Shown here piece after piece: positions 18,075-25,604 of a DNA stretch of 64,000 nt. Below the pieces are notes generated by a model. That model ran no database searches and was not told the origin of the DNA. It saw only the letters and a program-made list of their open reading frames with translations. The stretch's first letter is position 1. Every line of letters starts with the position of its first letter. Source of the DNA: Candidatus Amesbacteria bacterium. Its GTDB lineage: Bacteria > Patescibacteriota > Microgenomatia > CAZETR01 > Amesbacteraceae. The DNA is taken from contig DAHXMV010000002.1 of NCBI GenBank assembly GCA_027371535.1, positions 67,494 through 131,493 on the forward strand, written 5' to 3'. Made by a program: the position numbers and the translations under genes.

Positions 18075-20201
18075 ATGTCTGGCATGTGGTCTGATCTACT
18101 GCTGGTGCTGAAATGGTGGCTGATACTTTTCGGGCTGGGGATGGCCGGATGGCCACTTGTTGCTTATGTTTTTAACATGTGGGAAAACAAAGGTTATTTA
18201 CTGGCCAAGGCAGCGGGGATTTTAACCGTAGTTTATATCGTCTGGATATTGGGAAGTATAAGAATAGCAGCTTTTTCTGCCGGGTTGCTTTGGACGGTAA
18301 CAGGTGCCGTTTTGGTTTGGGGATGGTTAGCCCTAGCACCCAAATACCTGACCAAAGTCAGCTGGAAAAAGATTCTGCTGGATGAACTGATGTTTTTGAT
18401 ACCTCTTCTGGTCTGGAGCTGGATAAAGGCCCATGAACCGACTATTAACGGGTTGGAAAAGTTTATGGATTACGGTTTTACCAAGTCAATCTTACGGGGA
18501 GCGTACTTTCCACCGGCCGATATGTGGTTTGCGGGAGAAACCATAAATTACTACTACTTCGGCCACTTAATGATGGCAGCCTTAACCAAAATGTCGGGAA
18601 TAGATCTGTCAGTGACCTTTAATTTAATGCTTGCGACCCTGTGTGCGCTGACATGGTCGATGAGCTGGGCCATCGGCCGACAATTACTGGCCAGGATAAA
18701 GCCTTACCAGAAAACGGCAGGGGCGTTTCTAATTGCTTTTCTGGTGACGCTGTCCGGAAATTTACATACAATTTACGCATTTACCAAGGGATATTGGGGA
18801 AAAGAAGACAATCCCCCGCCATTCTGGACAATTTTTATAAATATTTTTGATAAAAACCAGATCGGCCAAGGGTTTGCGAATTACTGGTATCCCAATGCAA
18901 CCAGATTTATTCCCTATACAATCCATGAATTTCCTTCATATTCTTTCGTAGTGTCCGATATCCACGGTCATGTGTTGGCCATACCCATTGATCTGTTACT
19001 GATTTCCCTATTGATTGCGATTTTTGCCGGAAAAGAAAAACCAGACAGTCTTTTGAAATACGGGGTGTACGGATGGATAGCGGGGATGGCCCTGATGACC
19101 AATGCACTGGACGGGCCAATATATATCTGCCTTCTGGGATGGTTAATTTTTCTGACTACAGGAGGGATAAAACGGCTAAAAGAGCCTTTGTGGTGGAAGA
19201 ATTTCGGCATCAAGATGGCCGTCGTAGGAGGAGTGTTTGTCATTTGTATCCTGCCTTTTTTACTGTCTTTCAAACCTTTCGTATCGGGGATCGCGGTGGA
19301 CTGTCCACCGGCCATTTTGGCAAATAAGAAAATCGGGCCATTGATTTTTGAAGGCACAGAAAAATGCCAAAAATCACCCCTATGGATGATGCTGGTGCTG
19401 TGGGGATTCTTCGGTTTCTGTGCAATGGGACTGGTTTATCTATTTAAGAACGAGTCGGCCGAGAAAAAAATGCTGGTGGGGTGGTCCGTATTTTCATTAC
19501 TGTTAATCATCTTCCCGGAATTTTTCTACTTTAAAGATATCTATCCGCTGCATTTTCGCAGCAACACGATGTTTAAACTCGGCTACCAGGTTTTTATGAT
19601 AATGTCGATTGTCTCGGGCTTTACGATTGTAAATCTGGCGGTGATAAAAAACAAAAGCCGGGGAGTGAAAATATTTTTGACGGGGCTAATACCGCTACTG
19701 TTTTTAGTGTCCATATATCCTTATTTTTCGGTCAAATCCTACTTTAACTCCCTGAGCAATTACCAGGGGTTATACGGACTGGAATGGTTTCAACTTAAAT
19801 ATCCCGATGATCTGGCGGCCGTCAACTGGCTGTCTAAAAACATTCCGGCATATCAGCAACCGGTCGTTTTGGAAGCCGCCGGGGACAGTTATACAGACAG
19901 TGACAAAATTTCGGCATTTTCGGGATTCCCCACCGTGGCCGGGTGGACGGTGCATGAATGGCTGTGGAGAGGAGGATATGAACCCATAGGGTTTCGAGAC
20001 AGCGAAGTGGAAAGGATGTATGATTCCCAGGACATAAATGAGACGGCAAACCTGTTTAAAAAATACCAGGTAAAATACGTGGTGATCGGAAATACGGAAA
20101 GGGCCAAGTATCCCAATTTAGATGAAGAAAAAATGGCAGCAATGGGAAAACCTGTATTTTCTCAGGGGACGACCACAATTTATCAAATCAATAATACTTA
20201 G
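18075..20201 (+). CDS. YYY-domain integral membrane protein (Chlor_Arch_YYY / DUF2298 family)
   Basis: ETINYYYFGHLMMAAL contains the diagnostic YYYxG motif. ~700 aa, highly hydrophobic, large C-terminal extracytoplasmic region. Longest ORF starts at 18039. Confidence 0.6.
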   Translation: MSGMWSDLLLVLKWWLILFGLGMAGWPLVAYVFNMWENKGYLLAKAAGILTVVYIVWILGSIRIAAFSAGLLWTVTGAVLVWGWLALAPKYLTKVSWKKILLDELMFLIPLLVWSWIKAHEPTINGLEKFMDYGFTKSILRGAYFPPADMWFAGETINYYYFGHLMMAALTKMSGIDLSVTFNLMLATLCALTWSMSWAIGRQLLARIKPYQKTAGAFLIAFLVTLSGNLHTIYAFTKGYWGKEDNPPPFWTIFINIFDKNQIGQGFANYWYPNATRFIPYTIHEFPSYSFVVSDIHGHVLAIPIDLLLISLLIAIFAGKEKPDSLLKYGVYGWIAGMALMTNALDGPIYICLLGWLIFLTTGGIKRLKEPLWWKNFGIKMAVVGGVFVICILPFLLSFKPFVSGIAVDCPPAILANKKIGPLIFEGTEKCQKSPLWMMLVLWGFFGFCAMGLVYLFKNESAEKKMLVGWSVFSLLLIIFPEFFYFKDIYPLHFRSNTMFKLGYQVFMIMSIVSGFTIVNLAVIKNKSRGVKIFLTGLIPLLFLVSIYPYFSVKSYFNSLSNYQGLYGLEWFQLKYPDDLAAVNWLSKNIPAYQQPVVLEAAGDSYTDSDKISAFSGFPTVAGWTVHEWLWRGGYEPIGFRDSEVERMYDSQDINETANLFKKYQVKYVVIGNTERAKYPNLDEEKMAAMGKPVFSQGTTTIYQINNT

Positions 20202-20213
20202 CTACCCGGTTTT

Positions 20214-21266
20214 TCAGGGAAGAAGAGAGGACACATAGGAGGACAGGGCTTTATAATCCCCGTTTTTAGGGATTAAAACCCACTGATTCTGATATTTATC
20301 AGATATGGGCGGATTTTCCAGCTGATCCGGGGCGGTCAGGGAATAAGTTTTAAGCGGATATTGCCTGGCTTTTAAAGCCAGCCGAAAAAGAGTGGAATAA
20401 TAGTCCGGGGTGATATCGGTAGCCAGCGAGCCGGTGACCAGGTCATAAAGCTGTTTATAAACTTTGGTATTTTTGAGATTGTTAATCGACAGGAGTTTGT
20501 TTTTAACCGCCGTAATAACTTTTTCCTGCCTTTTGGAACGGGCGAAATCTGTCCCCTCATCCAAATCAGTTGAGTAACGGGAGCGGACAAACTTTAAGGC
20601 GGTAGTTCCGTCCATATGCTGAGGCCCGGCGTCAAAGTGAAGATGCTCGTAACGGCATTTAAATTCAGGGTCTCCGCCGCAGGGGTCATTTTCCCTGCCG
20701 GCGATGGGATATTTATAGTCGTCAAAGGTTTTATCGACAGTGATATCTATACCGCCCAAAAGGTCAATGGCTTTGGAAAAAGTCGAAAAATCCAAGTAAA
20801 CTGCAAACTGGACAGGCTGGCCGATGACCTCCGAAACGGCAGATTTTGCAGACAGGAGGCCACCCATGGTAGCCTGGACATCATAACCCAAATGATAAGC
20901 AGTATTGATCTTTTGTTCGCGTGAAGGCAGCCAGAGGTCTCTGGGGATGGAAATTAAAGTAGTCTCACCGGTATCATCTTTGACAGAGATAAAAATCATA
21001 GTATCCGTTAAATCCGGACCGTCATGATTTTCACCGCCCGCCCCCAGTAAAACGAAATTGGTCCGGCCGCCGATTTCGGGCAGGGGTTTACCAGCCATAA
21101 CTTCAATATCAGAGATGATCTTTTTAGCCTGAGACTTAAACAGGAACCAGCCGGCCACCCCAACAATGATGACGGCAAAAATGATTAATAATCTGGTAAA
21201 GACGACGTGAGAAAGCAGTTGGCGTCTGGTCCGGTGGATAAAGTGATGAAATTTGCTAAAAGGCAT
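20214..21266 (-). CDS. LytR-CpsA-Psr (LCP) family cell-envelope polymer phosphotransferase
   Basis: N-terminal TM then TNFVLLGAGGENHDGPDLTDTMIFISV…ISIPRDLWL, the LCP core with conserved R and D residues. Confidence 0.8.
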   Translation of the reverse strand: MPFSKFHHFIHRTRRQLLSHVVFTRLLIIFAVIIVGVAGWFLFKSQAKKIISDIEVMAGKPLPEIGGRTNFVLLGAGGENHDGPDLTDTMIFISVKDDTGETTLISIPRDLWLPSREQKINTAYHLGYDVQATMGGLLSAKSAVSEVIGQPVQFAVYLDFSTFSKAIDLLGGIDITVDKTFDDYKYPIAGRENDPCGGDPEFKCRYEHLHFDAGPQHMDGTTALKFVRSRYSTDLDEGTDFARSKRQEKVITAVKNKLLSINNLKNTKVYKQLYDLVTGSLATDITPDYYSTLFRLALKARQYPLKTYSLTAPDQLENPPISDKYQNQWVLIPKNGDYKALSSYVSSLLP

Positions 21267-21280
21267 ATTAAACTACCCGT

Positions 21281-23188
21281 ATGGAGATTTTACGCGATCT
21301 GAATCGAATCCAACAAGAGGCCGTGTCCTTTGACATCCAAAAGCCGCTGATGGTCCTGGCCGGGGCAGGAAGCGGCAAGACGCGGATTTTGACTTACAGG
21401 GTGGCATTTTTAATTGAAAATATGCAAGTCAGACCTGAGAATATTCTGCTTCTGACTTTTACAAATAAAGCGGCCGGGGAGATGCTATCCCGGGTAAACA
21501 AGTTAATAAAGCAGGACGCCAGACTGATACAGGGGGGGACATTTCATAGTTTTACCGCAAAAATACTGAGAAAATACGGAGAATATTCGGGTATATCAAG
21601 AAATTTCGTCATATATGACGAAGGGGACAAGTTGGAAGCCATCAAGCAGGCTATGGCAGTCCTGGCAATAGACAGCAAGGCCATGAGACCAAGCTCGGCA
21701 GCCGCAGCCATTTCAGACGCCAAAAATAATATGGTTCCGGCAGGCGACTATGCAAATTTTGCCAGAGGAAATTTTACCCAAAACGTGGCCAGGATTTATA
21801 CCGTCTACCAACAACTTTTAAATAAATACCAGGCTTTGGATTTTGACGATTTACTCCTGAAAGGAGTGGAACTATTGAAATCCGATCCGAAAATCCTGAA
21901 TAAATTGCAGGAGCAGTTTAAATATATTCTGGTGGATGAGTATCAGGATACCAACAAAGCCCAGTACGAACTCACCAAAATGCTGGCTTTTGGCCATCGG
22001 CACCTGACCGTAGTCGGGGATGCGGCCCAGGCAATTTATTCATGGAGAGGAGCAGATTACCGGAATCTGCTGTACCTGAAACAGGATTTTCCGGACCTGA
22101 ATATCGTGCAACTGGAACAGAACTACAGATCCACCCAGAATATTCTGACAGCGGCAAACCGGGTAATTTCAAAAAATAAAAATCATCCGATTTTAAAACT
22201 ATGGACAGAGAGAAAAGGCGGAGACCCGATTACAGTTTATGAAGCCGAGAGTGAACTGGAAGAAGCGGAATATATCATTAATATAATCACCAATCATCCG
22301 CCAAATGGCGGACAGGTAAATTATTCAGATTTTGCGGTGCTATACCGGACAAATGCGCAGTCCAGGGTAATTGAAGAGGCCCTATTACATGCCGGTATCC
22401 CCTACTCGCTATTCGGCGGGGTAAGATTTTATGAGCGCAGAGAGATCAAAGACCTGCTCTGCTATCTGAGACTTTTGTTAAACCCGAATGATGAAATCAG
22501 CCGGAAGAGAGCTGAAAAAATAGGTAAAAGGAAGCTGGCGGTTTACGAATCAAGATTTACGGATTATGACCTGAATCAAAAAACCCTAGATACGTTAGAC
22601 CAGACATTAAAAGATACGGGGTATTTGGAGCAGTTTGATCCCCTGAACGAAGAAGATGCAGGAAGACTGGAAAATATAAAAGAGCTAAGGAGTGTAGCAA
22701 TGGAGTTTCCCAACCTGTCGGAATTTTTGGAACAAATTGCTTTAACAGAAAAAGAAAGCAGGAAAACTGCCCGGGCTACGGCTTCGGAGAGTTTCGGAGC
22801 CGTAAACCTGATGACACTGCATGCGGCCAAGGGGCTGGAATTCAAAACCGTGTTTATGGTGGGCATGGAAGAAGGGTTATTTCCCCATTCAAGAACCCTG
22901 ATGAACCCGGAGGAAATGGAGGAAGAACGCCGCCTGTGTTATGTGGGGATGACCAGGGCGATGGACAAACTATATTTAACTTATGCCTCCAGAAGGCTGT
23001 TTTTCGGTCAACGCAGCAGTAATGTGGTATCCAGATTCCTGGCGGATATACCGGAGGAATTAATTGACCCCAGTCAATCTTCCCGTTCGCCTTCAGGATC
23101 TATTCGATCACGGCTCACGGAGCGATTTGACGGGGTAAGGTGGGGATTTGATGAAAACGGCAACTGGAAATGGAAACCGGACGATTAA
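21281..23188 (+). CDS. pcrA: UvrD/PcrA-type ATP-dependent DNA helicase
   Basis: LNRIQQEAVSFDIQKPLMVLAGAGSGKTRILTYRVAFL (Q-motif plus Walker A), VDEYQDTN, TLHAAKGLEF, YVGMTRA motifs. Confidence 0.85.
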   Translation: MEILRDLNRIQQEAVSFDIQKPLMVLAGAGSGKTRILTYRVAFLIENMQVRPENILLLTFTNKAAGEMLSRVNKLIKQDARLIQGGTFHSFTAKILRKYGEYSGISRNFVIYDEGDKLEAIKQAMAVLAIDSKAMRPSSAAAAISDAKNNMVPAGDYANFARGNFTQNVARIYTVYQQLLNKYQALDFDDLLLKGVELLKSDPKILNKLQEQFKYILVDEYQDTNKAQYELTKMLAFGHRHLTVVGDAAQAIYSWRGADYRNLLYLKQDFPDLNIVQLEQNYRSTQNILTAANRVISKNKNHPILKLWTERKGGDPITVYEAESELEEAEYIINIITNHPPNGGQVNYSDFAVLYRTNAQSRVIEEALLHAGIPYSLFGGVRFYERREIKDLLCYLRLLLNPNDEISRKRAEKIGKRKLAVYESRFTDYDLNQKTLDTLDQTLKDTGYLEQFDPLNEEDAGRLENIKELRSVAMEFPNLSEFLEQIALTEKESRKTARATASESFGAVNLMTLHAAKGLEFKTVFMVGMEEGLFPHSRTLMNPEEMEEERRLCYVGMTRAMDKLYLTYASRRLFFGQRSSNVVSRFLADIPEELIDPSQSSRSPSGSIRSRLTERFDGVRWGFDENGNWKWKPDD

Positions 23189-23198
23189 CAATCGCGAA

Positions 23199-23846
23199 TT
23201 ACAGATAGCCGAGGATGGTTTTGACGGTCAGGGGAAAATCAATGATCCGGGTATGGCCTGAGACGGGCAGGCGAATATTAATCACCCCTTTAAGAGTCAG
23301 ATTATTATTCGGAATAACATAATTATCGGTTTGGGAATAAATGTTTATTATCCTAGATAAATCATCCGGTTTTAAGTGTTTGGGCGAAAAAGGCGAGCCC
23401 AGTCCCTTAAGACCCTCGATAGGCAGGTAGCCAAGCAGCGAGCCGGAAACCGGGACGGAAACGAGAAAAACTTTTTTAATATGCGGGTTGACTTCAGCAT
23501 CACGTAACATTTCCAGAGCTATACGCCCGCCCTTGCTGTGCCCCAGGATAATCAGATCCTTAAGGCCAGACTGAATAATGAACTTTTTAACCATGTCAAC
23601 CGTTTGGGACAGAGGTTTCGCATTGTAGCCCAATCCGGGGACTGTAAATATCCTGAAACCTTCGCGGTTTAAAGCATCTCCCCAACTCTTAAGAAAATAC
23701 CAGCTGGAATGAACTCCCTGAAACAGTAACACGTTTCCCCTGTTACCACGGCTCCATTTTTGAGGAGGTTTGCGATTAAATAAGGAGAGAAAATATTTAA
23801 TCAATATGGTTACACGCTCGGGAAGTAGCCAGAAAAAGCCCGCCAT
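23199..23846 (-). CDS. Alpha/beta-hydrolase (lipase/esterase-like)
   Basis: GHSKGG nucleophile elbow (GxSxG) in LIILGHSKGGRIALE. Confidence 0.55.
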   Translation of the reverse strand: MAGFFWLLPERVTILIKYFLSLFNRKPPQKWSRGNRGNVLLFQGVHSSWYFLKSWGDALNREGFRIFTVPGLGYNAKPLSQTVDMVKKFIIQSGLKDLIILGHSKGGRIALEMLRDAEVNPHIKKVFLVSVPVSGSLLGYLPIEGLKGLGSPFSPKHLKPDDLSRIINIYSQTDNYVIPNNNLTLKGVINIRLPVSGHTRIIDFPLTVKTILGYL

Positions 23847-23862
23847 GAGATAATTTTAACTG

Positions 23863-24792
23863 ATGATGGATAAAAATGAATGGAACAGCCAGGTGTCTCA
23901 TCCGTTACAAAGCTGGGAATGGGGGGAATTCCGGATAAAAAGGCAACCGGTCAGCCGACTGGCCGGGATGCAGATCATGTGGACCAGGGTCCCATACACA
24001 CCCTGGTATTTCGGATATATACCAATGGGAAGAATCCCAAATGAAAAAGAGATTGAGCAACTCAGAGATGAAGCAATAAAGATGAATGCCATAGGAATAA
24101 GGATGGAACCGAATATTCCAAGGGAACAAATAACCAATTTTCAATTTTCAATATTAAATCAATTTTTTAAACCGGGAAGAAAATTGTTCAAAGATAAAAC
24201 TATTCTGATCGATCTGTCCAAAACCGAGGAAGAATTGTTAAAAAATATGCATCCCAAAGGCAGATATAATGTCAGGGTTGCGCTGAAACATGGGGTAACT
24301 GTCCGGGAAGATAATTCCGACGGGGCTTTTGAAAAATACCTGGAACTGATGTTTGCCGGAACTGCCAAAAGGCAGAAAATTTACAGCCACGGCAGAAGTT
24401 ACCACAGACTGATGCGGGAGTGTCTGAAGAACAATATCGCCCATTTGTGGGTGGCGGAATATAAGAACGAAATCATTACCGCTGACATAATATTTAAATT
24501 TAAAGAGGGCATATATTATGCCTACGGGGCTTCAAAATTGGAATATAAAGAAGTGATGGCACCGACGTTACTTTTATGGGAAATCATGAAGTGGGGTAAA
24601 AACACGGGGGCCAAATTTTTTGATTTATGGGGAGCAGAAGAGGGTAAGGGTTTTTCCAGATTCAAAGAGCAGTTCGGAGGCATGGTGGTAGAAATGGCCG
24701 GAACTTATGATTTGCCTGTAAATAAATGGTTATACCCCTTATTCAGAGCAGCGGAGGGCATCAGATGGAAAATGCTGAGAATTTTGAAATAG
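23863..24792 (+). CDS. FemAB-family aminoacyl-tRNA-dependent peptidyltransferase, paralog 1
   Basis: HPLQSWEWGEF N-lobe and C-terminal FKEQFGG, the FemAB/FemX signatures. Confidence 0.7.
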   Translation: MMDKNEWNSQVSHPLQSWEWGEFRIKRQPVSRLAGMQIMWTRVPYTPWYFGYIPMGRIPNEKEIEQLRDEAIKMNAIGIRMEPNIPREQITNFQFSILNQFFKPGRKLFKDKTILIDLSKTEEELLKNMHPKGRYNVRVALKHGVTVREDNSDGAFEKYLELMFAGTAKRQKIYSHGRSYHRLMRECLKNNIAHLWVAEYKNEIITADIIFKFKEGIYYAYGASKLEYKEVMAPTLLLWEIMKWGKNTGAKFFDLWGAEEGKGFSRFKEQFGGMVVEMAGTYDLPVNKWLYPLFRAAEGIRWKMLRILK

Positions 24793-25604
24793 CCGAGGAT
24801 CTGAGGCAATCGAACGAATACGGAAAATATATAGAGAGGATCGGATGGAGAGCGGTGAAGTTTCCACACCAGGATATGCAGATATTTATAAGAAAGTTGG
24901 GGCCGGTGAGGGTAGCCAAGCTGCAAAGAACCAGCCTGTCCATTCCCTGGAAAAACGTAGATAATATATTAACATCCGAAAAGGTGATGATGTGTACAAT
25001 TGAACCGTTACTAGCGGAAATAAAAGAATTTGGACTGAACGGTTATAAGACAAATAAAGAGCCGCTGCTTGGGACTAAAACCCTAAGAGTTAATTTAAGA
25101 CCGAAAGAAGAAGAAATATTTAACTCTTTTAAGAAAGACTGCCGATATATTATCAGAAAATTACGAATTACAAATCACAAATTACAAATAAATGATTTTG
25201 ATAATTTTTACGATATCTGGAAGAAGTCGGCGAAGAGAAAAAGATTGTGGATCCCAGGAATAAATGAGTATAAATCCCTGATCGGATGTTTTGGAAAAAA
25301 CGTGTTTTGCCTGACAATTGATAATCTGGCCGGAGCTTTAATATTGCTCAACAAAAAAACGGCTTTTTATTATTATGCCGGGGCAACCGGCGAAGGAACG
25401 GTAAAAGATCTGCCTTACGCAGTAGTCTGGAACGCCATGCTGGAAGCTAAAAAAAGGGGCTGTCAGGTATGGGATTTTGAAGGCATTTATGATGCCCGGT
25501 GGCCAAACAAAAGCTGGGCGGGTTTTTCCCATTTCAAAAAAAGTTTCGGGGGAAAAGAAATAGAATTTCCGGGTTCCTTTACCAAATGGCGATGGCCTTT
25601 TTAA
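24765..25604 (+). CDS. FemAB-family peptidyltransferase, paralog 2
   Basis: C-terminal AGFSHFKKSFGGKEIEF and an overall FemX-like layout. Longest ORF starts at 24726, overlapping paralog 1. Confidence 0.65.
   Translation: MENAENFEIAEDLRQSNEYGKYIERIGWRAVKFPHQDMQIFIRKLGPVRVAKLQRTSLSIPWKNVDNILTSEKVMMCTIEPLLAEIKEFGLNGYKTNKEPLLGTKTLRVNLRPKEEEIFNSFKKDCRYIIRKLRITNHKLQINDFDNFYDIWKKSAKRKRLWIPGINEYKSLIGCFGKNVFCLTIDNLAGALILLNKKTAFYYYAGATGEGTVKDLPYAVVWNAMLEAKKRGCQVWDFEGIYDARWPNKSWAGFSHFKKSFGGKEIEFPGSFTKWRWPF

Noticed and set aside
25155-25195. attacaaat x3 micro-repeat
   Set aside because: Too short and lies inside the FemAB paralog 2 coding sequence. Not CRISPR-like, with no spacers of regular length.
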